A DNA stretch of 63,381 bases, counting the filler, from Phoronis australis (taxonomy: Eukaryota; Animalia; Phoronida): NCBI GenBank assembly GCA_002633005.1. It is 4 parts of 4 records of this genome, joined end to end, with 100 filler letters (N's around TTAATTAATTAA, not from the genome) between each part and the next. Parts side by side here need not be neighbours in the genome. Positions count along the whole stretch, not along the records: positions 1 to 31,960 come from NMRA01000813.1; 3 more parts are not named here. One strand, written 5' to 3'. Below the pieces are notes generated by a model, which saw only the letters and a program-made list of their open reading frames with translations, was not told the DNA's origin and did no database searches. Positions 14,901-26,900 of the stretch are shown here, one piece after another. The number at the start of each line of letters is the position of its first letter. Position 1 is the stretch's first letter. Both the position numbers and the translations under genes were made by a program.

Positions 14901-17900
14901 TATGATAACGAAGTATTTGACCACGTTGTCGCTCTTTTCTCTTTTCCGCGGTACATCGGAGAAGCACTGATATGGCAAGGAAGTCACGTGTTGGTACACA
15001 TGACACACTGGCGCTGGGTACCTTCATACATGTACGTCACACCCGTATCCGTAGAGTTAAGAAACTCGTTTTTCAGCTATTTCTTGTTTTGGAATATCGA
15101 ATTCACGGTTGCGATATGAAGTGCTTTAAAACAAGGTTTAATGATGTTGACAATGTAGTCGCTTGTCAAAACAAGGTACATGGTGATTTTAAGCACCTTT
15201 AAAGGAGGCCTGCGATGAACGCGTTATTCAAACGACGCAAGAATAAATCTGGAAAGCGTTCGCAAACTTTATAGTAAATTCTTGATAGTTTGGCATGATT
15301 TTACAAGTCCTATCTGCCCTCAGCCCCATATATCGGTTGCCTTAGTGAAGAAATCTCACGGGGAGTATCTCGAGAGCAATCATCCAGAGTACTAAGCGCG
15401 TGTGAAGGAAGGCTGGATATTGCGTGGCATGCTTGGCTAGACATCACAGGTGCAGAGCAGTTCCCGCCTGTGTATGGTAAGAGAAGATACGACTGAAGGA
15501 GTGAGTAAATGGCATGTAAATACTCAACGTGCTCACTGTTTTTGTTGCGTGATGCTTGAAACGAGTCGGATCGTAAGATCATAGTTACTATCCGCCCCCT
15601 CCATTCAATTGCCTCTACCGTGTTCCCTTCCCAAGCCTTCACTTAATGTGTTTATTTCTATACCAGGGTAGCCTTTCAGTCTAAAGTAAAGATGGTTATG
15701 CGTTTCATGAAAGAAAGGAACCTTGACGAGGAGTTACGAAAGAAGACGATTAAGTACATGACCTTGCTATGGAGATGTCATAGGTGAAGTAACCAGAAAC
15801 ATCATCTGCACGTGCGGTGCTCCGAAAAATAATCTCGTGCCCCCATGAAACAAACGTTTCTCTATGTTTTTGTCTTTACCAAAAATCAATTGGATTCACA
15901 ATTTATACACGATGTCCATGCATTTAGAGTTAAACGAGCTTGTGTTCTCGTCAGTTTCAAACGTTATTTGCTTGCCAAATTTGTTTTTGAATTGACAAAA
16001 AGCCGTACACTTGCTTACAAATAATCATTTCAATTGTAGACATGAGCAGCACTCTGGGGCCAATGTCTTTAGTGAAATACCACTTTCTCTCCAACAAGAT
16101 ATGCTGTTATGCGAGTACGGACCATTTCTCAACTATGTGAGTATGCGACATTGGTGAAGAGAGGGATACTATTATTGAATATAGTGACTTGGATTCACAA
16201 GAAAACTTAAGATTTCTATCGAAGCATTTCAATACAGGACTAATGTTAAACATTCTCGTGTATGTATATCGACCGATAACTATTAAATGACTATTAAAAA
16301 TGTGCACAAGGGTAGCTTCACGTCGGAAGTCTTTTGAACTCTTGTATTTACATCTACTACAAAGTGAAAACAAACTGAGTTTTAACTTCAGCATAATTAT
16401 CATTACCAACTTTGTCAATACAAACTTTATACAATCTTTCATCGACCTGAGTCTCAGCAAATGCACCAACCTTAATTTCCAATGAAACATGTAGCGTTCC
16501 GGATCATATCTGAGGCAAGATTTACCTGTGAGTGGGAGAAAGGAAAACATGAATTTCTACACAGCAGTCAGATTTAATGTTGCACAAGTTCACAACGTTG
16601 GCATGGTACCAAAATCCATTTCCAAGCTTGTTTTTCAATTAAGTACGTACTTAAAATGCTAAAGCTGTATGGCAATTAATACTGGTTAAATAAAAAGCAA
16701 ATATGTTGGAAAATAACTCCAGCGTGGTTTGTACTACTTTCTCTAATATCTAAGTTCCTACAGTACAGTTAGTGCAGCCGACAAATGGGGTTACATGTGT
16801 TATGCAACGACTGAACTTACATAGCACACGTGTTGGTAAAAACGTGTGATTAATTTACGTTTTTCAAATAATACGTTTAACCGAAGCACACCATTTTCCT
16901 CTCCCTATATATATAACCCTACATATGTTGTATTGCAAATATTTATACTGTCGGTTTTATAAAATGGTTACGGACCACAACAGACTTTGTGTATAAGGAA
17001 TCTGGTTCCAGGTACCTCTGTTTCGTGAATGCGACGAAACCTTTCTGCGAGATTTGGTTCTAAGGGTACAGCAGTACATTTACTTTCCGGGGACCTACAT
17101 CGTGACGGCGGAGGAGGTTGGAGGAGAGTTGTACATGATCAAACGCGGGCATTGTGAGGTGAGGTACACACGTCACTTTTCTTCGGAAATTGATATCCGG
17201 CTTAATGTGCGCCGAGACATTGGGCATAGATATAGAAAAAAGACCCAGAACACCGCACTCCTTTTTATGCGCCCGCAACATGGGCAACTTTTACCTTTAT
17301 CTTTTTACTTTCGAATGAATTCGGCGTATTGTACACCATTTAGTGGGCATTTTTATTATTTTTCGAGTCTGCTGTCGTCCTCTTAATCTCTATCTGCCAA
17401 TTTGCTTGAAGGATCATGGTGAGAACTGACATATTTCTTCCCACTGACGATGATTTTTCGGACCCGTCCGACTACTGTGGCTTTTCTTGGTGGTAATTTT
17501 GGTTTTCACCTATAGCCCAATATCTACCAAGTTCCTTGATGGATCTCCATGAAATTTGGAATGTGATCTTATTTTGCTGAGTATAACAGACGTGGGTTTT
17601 GAGACAACTCGGAGTCCCCAAATGGAAATTTTAGCTTTCTAAACATTTTCCTCGATATCTTCTACCAAGTTCCTCGATGAAGTTTATGAAACGTGGCAAA
17701 TTAAATCAAGGAGACGAAGTACCTGCCCCGTTCGAGAGGAAATTGACCAGTATCCGCACTGTATGCGATGCACACGGTGGATGCATATCAGCGCTCTACA
17801 TTGCTCTTGTTGGATACTTCTGCATGGTTGTAAAATACAAACTTAAAGCGCACAATGTTTGTCCTTAGTCTGACTTATGGTAATGATCCTGAGTCTGTTT

Positions 17901-20900
17901 CTTGGTAGTATCAGGAAGAGATAACCTCTTCCTGGTAGTATGCATCAAATTTTCTCCAGTTTGTAAAAAGAAAAGTTGGTGTGTTCTCAAATGCTCATGT
18001 CATTGTAGCTAAATTTAACGATTGTTTCCCGCTCACTGTCCGCAGAGTCATTCTCATGAACAAAGCTGTAGTTCTATATGTGCATGTGAATATTTTTTTC
18101 ACAAAATTTCCGTTCTTCTGCATAACTATTCTCATGAGGACATAACAGTATACAATTTTAATATACTGCAACCTGCTCAATACGTGCTTTCGCATGATTC
18201 TATCAAGAAAAGCACTCAGTGGTTCACGAAAAAAAAATGTTTTCGTAAGAATAGAATTGTCGAAGAGTGTGATAAAGAAAACATAACGGGCAAAAACTTG
18301 ATAATATTCAGACCGGTGGTTCTGCAGGGGGGGCAACTCTAGATTTCGAAAGTAAAGTGTCCGCTAAGTGTCCTTAACACGGTATGACTGTCGTTTTCGT
18401 ATAGTGGGTGCTGTGGACCTTTGCTGAATTCGCCCATGGTTATTGAGAAAAGTAGACGTCCGTGCGCTTAGTGTTTTCGTCATACTTCTTGCTTCGAAAA
18501 CAAGCAGAGTTGATTTTTTCTGTAGATGTTAATTGGTGACCGCCAGTCAAAGGTTTTTCTTGACATTGGCCCCGGCAATTACTTTGGCGAGACATGTGTC
18601 ATTTTTGGTGGCATTCACAACCATAGTGTGCGCGCCAAAACGCACGTGGAGGTATTGATGTTGACTAGAACAGACCTGTACGGCGTGCTTCAAAGATTTC
18701 CTACAATACTCCAGTAAGTTCTAGTTCATCGCAAGGACTGTATAATGTCAGAAAGTATTTTTCTGTCAAAGCTGCATTTTGTCCAATGAAAATTGAGGTT
18801 CACCAACCATAGAATTGCAAATACGAAAACAAAAACGCATGATTGTACGCATTACCTATGAATTGAGTTGGTCATGGAAATGGAATCTATCACGGGTATT
18901 ACGAGGTAGAGTTGATGAGAGCATGAAACCTCATTCGATTATCGTGCTTAGCCAGCTAAACAGAGCGACGTGTGGCAATGCATCAAAATATATCCAGTCT
19001 TCTAGTAACACACATTACGTGGTCATTAAGATATTGGCAGTCATTAGCACCCTACCAAGGGATTGGTGGGTACTTGCCACATGATCTAGCTACATCCAAG
19101 TTGATGTTCATTTTTTAAACATTCCTCTCGATGTACACGCTCAAATAAACATGCAAAATATTTCTTTCCATCCAGGCAGTTTCGCATAGCAGAACAGAAT
19201 AAATCGTTCTTGTACCAGATGTCCAAAGACGCAACGGCTCATTTAGTGGCTCAAAAGTCTGCCAAGGAGAAGCAGGTGGTGCGCAAAGAGTCCAGCCGAA
19301 AGGCTGAAGGTCACGGTAACCAACAAGCGTTCGATCGTTTCAGTCGTTTCAGAAGACAAAGAACGAAGAGCCGACATTTCGGTAAGTGCTATGCGTAACT
19401 TAGACCACCTGAGACAGAAATACAAATACATGTACGAACCCCCATTCCCCTTCAAAGTACCTGTAGCTAAATTATGATCCTAACAAAAGTAGGCCCTATG
19501 TAAAGATACCGTAATTTCGTCAAGGACTTGACTATTTTTGTTGCGAACTATCACGAGTAAATTTCAATACTTACACTGTAACTGGATGCCATTCTTAAAT
19601 AAGAGCATATCACTACACTTACAGGGTTTTTCACAAAATATTGATAATCATTTCAATTCACTTCACTTTTTCAACTTCAGACGGACACAATTTCGCGAAA
19701 ATTTATTAAGAGCTATGCCTGAATTTGTAATCCCTTATAAATTTTCTATTCATTTTGTAAATCTCCTCTTACTCGGTGCATTCAACCGTGGAACGTTATT
19801 CCTTGTCATCTAAAAACTAGCTTGTATAACAACTACTACCACAAGCAAAGAAACAGTTCTTAATCAATTACCAGCTGGTCTATTCCTTAATTCTCACAAA
19901 TTTCAACATAGTTTTCAAGACGTATCAAATGTTTGTAAATATGGCTCCTTGAATAGTGTTAATCATTTTTTTCCTATTTTTAAATGCCCGGTCAATCAAA
20001 TAGATGGTGTCCATCTGTTCCATGCCCTTGATTGAAATATTGATGTCACCTCCATGTACCACACCTTTGCTAATAATCAGCATCATACCTTATGGTTCGC
20101 ATCAATTTAACTTAGATGTGAATATTTTTCTAATAAATATAGCATCCACTTTCGTCTATAATTGCAAACTCAAGTTTTAATTAATTAGTACCCTTTCTGT
20201 GTTTGTGTTTTTTGTAACTAGGTCGTATTATGTTGTTATGCCATAGGAGTTGTCTCTAGTAATTTTGATATCAGTCAGTAACAACTTTTTATATTTGTTG
20301 TTTTTATAACAGTTAATCTGCCGGCATGTAATGTTATCGATTTTCGGGCAGTAAGTGTATCACTTCTTGTTCAATTTCATATGATGAAATAAACAGTTAT
20401 CTAATACAGTCAATGCTGAGGGGCCAGATGTACAACTTGCCAACTCTGATTTTTGACACTCAAAGTTTCTATTAACTTATCAACAGTACAGCCTCAAGAG
20501 AATTTGTCGAACTCGTCATTTCGTTGGTTCAAGAGAAAATGCGCCGATGGGCAACAAAATGAGGACTACATACTTCCGTTTCAAGCGCTCCATCCCATCA
20601 GCAAGGTGTTCGCTCATCTGTTGATGCCGTATGTATTTATCGTACCGAAATTTTCCACTTCAAAGCATTTCACTCCGTTATGCCACATTAAGGCTAACCC
20701 CAGAGTCACTGTAATCGAATGAAATCGACTTAAAGTTTCTAACATCACAGCAGCTACACAGGGACCTTGTGCATACTATTTTCTATCCAGTCCATTTCAA
20801 GAACAAGTATGTTACAACCGTGGTCATGTCGAGTAGTGGCACAGCAGGTGCAGAGTTATCACGCGTGAGCCGTCATAAGCAGCAAAGGGAACCCGTAGAT

Positions 20901-23900
20901 CCAAACGTCTGAGTCTGCATATCGGTCTCAAAGAATCTGACCCTATTAAAGAGCCAATCGCGTGGATATATTGATATTGGTTTTCGTACTTGTACACCAC
21001 ATGAGACAACTCCTACGCTAACATTTGTGTTTTTTTACCTCAATTTTCTTCACAAAGCAAAGTCACCGCGTTCCTATCTTTTGTTTGAATTGAGATAAGA
21101 TACTGATAGATAGCATAAAATTACAATGAGATAGATCTTAAAGGAGAATGCCACCCGATTGAATTGGTCTTTATTACCGTCTTAATCGGTCTATATCCAC
21201 ATCACCTCGTATACGGCAGATCTTACCTCGCCAAGAGGTGTCGCCTAAACCCGTGAGGAAGGTGAGAAACGACGCAGCGACGTCAGTGGTTCTTCTGCAG
21301 AGTGAGTGCATCTATGGTGTGGTGTAATATTCCCGCTTGTGCCAACTATGAAGATGGTAGGAAAGCGGGTATTTCGTTTTTTTCGATTTCCTCGAGAGTC
21401 CGTAATGCTTCGGAAGTGGCTCGCGGTAGTGAAGAATGAAAGGTATGCCGTTAATACCAAGTATGAGACAGTGAAAATTCTCAGTGTCTGTCAGTGGCCG
21501 GCATTTTGTTGGATCGCCGGGTTGTTGATCAGTTTTTGATTATGGAGAATTGTAGTTTGCCATGAAAATATAAACAATTACAATTAATTCAAGGAATGAG
21601 ACTTTTTGTATAACCTGTTTGATGACTGACTTGTTCGTGAGGCTTCTTTGTGATCCTCTGGGTGTAGGATGTTTTCCCCAGTTCTTTTGCTCGGCCCCAA
21701 AAAACGTCGTAAGCACACCTCTGTTTAGATACAGTGCAGAATTAGGATAGTCCGTGAGATACATCTGCGCTTCTCCAAGAAGACGTTTCACTTGCGGAAT
21801 TTTGTGGCAACAAACGCAAGCGTCAGTCGTTTCCATTATCGTGCAGTTAGCTCACTGACACTATGACAACTCATTCAAACGGTTTTCGGAACTATCCATA
21901 TGTTCCGTTGTCTGTGCACGTTCACGGAACCTCTCTATTATTTCTTGATCAGTGTAATCCGGTTCGAACTGATAGCCTGTGACACCTAACGATCGACCTG
22001 TGAAGTCTTCGCCGGATGAGCACTGGTCTAAGTCGGTGATGAATTTGGAATCTCAACTTCCCTCGTGAATACTTGGCAATGTTTTTTGGTTAAGATGTCG
22101 TATTTTTGAAACGTTCATTGATAGGGAAAAGTCATTTTAGCACTATTTATCAGACTTAGTGTATTAGATCCAGAACCCCGTAAAGTGGGTATAGAACGTG
22201 AAAAACGGACTAAATTGCATAATTTAAAATGGTGGTCTTCCACTGAAACAGATGTCAAAATGATGAACTGGCATTTTTACGGTTTGTTCGTAAAGATTTT
22301 GAAGTTATTTTGATGTCAAAGCTTTTTTCTTAGGTTTCAAATTTCAATATTAGGATCCGTCAACTGATCGTCATTTCCTCCATTTTTCCATACATGGAAA
22401 ATATGACCTTTGACCTTTGATGTATCAAAACAATGGCGGTTTCAAGCAACAGCCAGTCGAGTTTTTTGAGCGCATGCGCGCATATAAATTACCAGCTGTA
22501 TTGGGATGAAACACTTATATTTCGTCCGTGTTTCAAAAAGAGTGAATCTTACGATTTTTTCTAGAAATTCTTACAATAATGAAAGTGAATAATTCTCATG
22601 TTAGCCTCCTCAAAAAGTACGTTCGCCACGATCTGGTTAAATGATATTAAAAGTATTTTAAACAATTTTAGCGTTCCATGCCTCTTTAAGAGAAGCTCAC
22701 TTTTTCAGACAATTAAAACTCGACAGGCGGTGCATTCGCAACGGAACTTGCTCTTCAGTTAAAAACTGTGTTAGCCAGATGGCTCAAAATAGGCAATTTT
22801 AGGTTTGATTGCAATGTCATATTAGACGCAGGCAACCATGCTGAAAATACCATATAGTGCCTTCCTTGTAAACATAGGAGGATTGTCAAGCTAAAGTCTG
22901 CACAATGGTTACAAAGTATGTTGCCAGCCATAATCGACAATTTCAGATTGTAGGGCAGAGATATGTTAGAAGCAAGCAACCATGGCCAGAGTATTTGAAG
23001 TGACTGGGATTTGTTCAAAGTTCCGTTGCTAAGCTGAATTAGGTATCGTTACCGTGACAACCAGTGCGTTTAACGGCCCCGATCACCAATTTCAGGCTTG
23101 ATGCAGAAACGTCAAGGTGTTAATGAGCTGAATTGGGCATCATTGCCACGATGAAACAGGTATTTGGGAATTACAGTGTACTAAACTGTGAAGGCCACAT
23201 ATACCGACAAACACTACTTGCTTTATCAAAAATATATTATTACCAGCAGAACAATTTTGATATTCCAAAAATGGAACATGGAAATAGCCTAAAAGCTGCG
23301 TACGCTTTATGTAATAGGCTGTTACACTCTTCTTGAGCATAGTTTTACTTTCAGGTAACGAAATGATTACAATACACGTGCTCTTAATGTAAGTAAAATC
23401 CAAGGCACACTAATTCCCAAAGTACTAGATTGAACCTGAGTAATTTTGTGAAAGCGACAAGCTCAGTATTAGTTCTGCTGATTTGACATCTATAGACTGC
23501 CGTACCAAGGTGGCTCAAAAAATCCTAACTTGCCAGTTTCGGTATCCATACCTTTCAGTTCAGCTAATATGGTTATATCTTAATGATTTATATTCCAATG
23601 TGAATAGAAGGCCTGACAATTTCAAATTTTCTGACGAAACACATAATTTCGCTGACTAAAATACCATGTTCGCCATTTTACTCAACCAATTCTAGCTATG
23701 TTAGGGTTTAACAGTGTTACGGCAAATGAGTACACAAATCGCTTGAGATGAGGTGTCATCAGCTAATTCTTAGCATGGACTCATTTCATTATGGAAGTAG
23801 TCCAGGATATTGAAACTAAATCTTGTGCGTGCAACGAAATCAAAATACAGAAGTTCACTGAGAAATCCCAATGTGAATCATACTAAATCTTGTGTATCAA

Positions 23901-26900
23901 ATGTGAGAGACTATCCTACAGTTTCATTGACCACGTCGCGGTAGTTCATCGACTTCATCAGATAGGCTGAGTTAATATCAGTACGTACCAGTGAGTTCCA
24001 ATGACGTGGTCGAGCCGGTTTTGGTCTACGCCATGACCATTAATGATTGACAAAATTTCAGTACTTGGGAGCACCTACCGGTAAAGCGCCAATGAGAACA
24101 ACAGAGCACAAACAAATGCATTCTTTCCTTAGCTTTGCCAAAAGAGTACGACAGGACACGTGTAGATAAATAGACAGGACGTGCTGCGGTTTCTTCAATG
24201 AAGCGATATTATGCCCGTCTTCCTTCACAGCAACATAATTTCGTGTTAGACCGCCGTCATGGAATTGGTCTCAAATTGCTCGTTATCGAAATTTGAGATG
24301 ATTTCAGTGCTCCCAAAGAACTGACAGTTCTTTAGAAGCAGCTTTTCCGGCGTCTTTAACAACAATATTATGAGCAAAACTTTGCTGAATGATATACCTT
24401 TCGGTTCGTTACTAATGAAAAGCAGCATTGTGACAGATTTGATAGGTAATTGTGAAACATCTTTGTGACAACATATGCGCTGATGCCGCCAGCAGCAGAT
24501 GTAGGTGTTGTGGGCGTCATCACTGACAAGTTCTTGATTGGCAGCTTATGACGGCCGACAGTTCAGTCGTTCAGCTTGATGTGTGACACCTCTGTTTAAC
24601 GAAATTTCTAAACGTTTCCTACTTCAAGACCGTTACTGTCTGATCGTGATATCCTAACATTAATTCAGGGTGGCGGTTCTTCCTTTCGGAAATGCCATAA
24701 AGGTTTTCGAGTTCATCAAGTTCCTACTGTCCCTGACCGTTATCATTCTTACCGGAATATGGTTCGCCTTCGAAGCTTTCTTCAAGGAGGGTGGTATGCA
24801 GCTAACGATGGTTGGCCTATGCGCTATAAATGCAGTTTTCATGTAAGTAAGAGTTACCAATACATTATTTTCGTATGAGTTTCAACTTTCCCTTCCTAAG
24901 TGAAGTTCCTAAATGGAGTTTCATTTAAATTTGCTGTAAATGCTATAACTTAAAAAGAACAGAACTAAAGCATTTTACTATGGTTCTGAACCGCCATTGC
25001 TGGTTAGTTCACAGTAGCGACGTTTGTCATTACGTAGTAACCCCTTTAAATTTGAGGAGAATTATTCTCGTTCGATGGTTGTCTGCAAGCGTTCTGTAGT
25101 TACCTAATGCGGTGTCTGTTAAAAATGTCATACTGTTGTAACTAGATATCTAAGCTTGCACTATGGATTCTACAAACAAGCCGTACTCGTTACACACCCC
25201 ATCGCCTGTGCTCGCCATTACATGGTTACCAATTTCCTACTGGACTTCTTTGGAACATTTCCGTTCGACTTGATTGCATACTCATACTACATAAATGTGG
25301 GTGATGTCAAAGGTGAGAATGTCTTAGTTTTGGGTAGAAAATGCACACTGTTCAAGCCAAACGTTCGCATGAAGTAATCTTGTAAGTTGCCAAATGAGGT
25401 CGTATGGAGGTCGAAAGATATTCTTTAACTTGCGACATCAATGTGGCACGGGCGGCGCAGTACTGAAAAAGTGGGGAGGACTAAAGCCCCCAGTCCCCGT
25501 GTGGTGCACCACCCATAGTCCATGGGCGGCGCAGCACTGAGAGAAGTGGGGGGCTATAGCCCCCACCCAGCCCCCTATGGTGCGCCGCCCATGTAATGTA
25601 CAAAATTTTATCCAGATTTTTATGTAAGCAGATAAATCACCTCAAATATGTTTTCTTCAGTTTAGAAATGAGTTTTTGACCTTCAAAGCATCGCTGTCTG
25701 GCTCTCAATTGTAACTTATTACTAGGTGTTTTTTGTGATTTGTACGACTTTTGAAATTGTGTCATTATTAATTGGACATTTTGATAATGTTCAAATGCAC
25801 ATTCGCGGCGAGAAAAGTCTTTTTACAGAAATTAGCAGTAACGTGGAATCAAACCCATCACAAACTCCGTAGTAGAAGCCATGCAAATACTCTGCCGCTG
25901 AGCCACATATCAAACGTTAAATAGCAGAATAGTTCAAACTATGTACGACATTGCTTTTAGCTAATGTACATTGTGGCAGACAGCGGCAAGACTTTAGTTA
26001 GATTTGTAAAAGTCACAAAATACCATGGATTTTGTTGATTTATAGTTTGAATGGAAGATAATAACTTCAAAAAGTCTATCCCATCCAACAGAGATCCCAA
26101 AAAGCGTTTTTCGGCCGTAAAGCAGATAACGTTTGATTTTACCATAATGATGAGCTGGTAAACTACACGGGTATTCTGTCCTCATTTTCAGAGTTTGCTA
26201 TCATGAAATCCTCCTTCTTCTCTCTCACTCACTTGCTCCTGTTTTATCGTGTACCAATGATGTTCGCCTATTACGAGTCGTTGATAGAGAAACACACTGG
26301 ATTGATAAGGTACACTTGCGTTTAGTTTTCCACTTTGTGTATTAACGAAGACCCCTACCTAGAAGGACTCGTCAAGGTCCAAGTATCTTGTTAAACTTCA
26401 TGAAACATGAAAATCACGTGCAGTTTCTGATGACTTTTAACTGCTGGTCACTTAACCTAAGCCGAGACTCGAGTCGAAAATTGACCGATCTTCTGTTATG
26501 CTTCGTGTACACTTTCGTATTTCACGCAATATGATTGGTCAATTTTTGCGTCGAGATTCTAGTACTATTTGTTAGTCACGGGACTGGTGTTTTTTGTTTA
26601 TTGCCCAATCTGAATTCAACACGGCAAATGTAATTGTATGAGACGTCTTTCAATTTTTGACATTGGTGGATTTTAATCATTAAAAGAGCTCCCTGCGGTT
26701 ATAAATAAAAATAGTTATAAAATAGCAAACAGTTTTACTACCAGAGTCAAAAACTGCAGTATCGCCTGCTTTCCTGTTGTAGACTTGCGAAATTCATTCT
26801 TTACATGGGCTTGTTCACCCACTTCCTCACGTGTCTCGTAAACATGTTCGCTTGTCCACCGGCACTGTTCTTGGTCCCGGACAGAGAAACCGTGATACTG

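Larger units (their letters stand above)
10609..19381 (+). other. Channel repeat B (S1-S6, pore, C-linker, degenerate CNBD)
   Basis: Pre-S1 LVNPESTLFQVWE; S3 MDLLGAVPFD; S4 ILKLNRALKLYKV; pore TTMSSTGYGD. The CNBD cassette FGETCVIFGGIHNHSVRA lacks the Arg-Thr. Confidence 0.88.
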
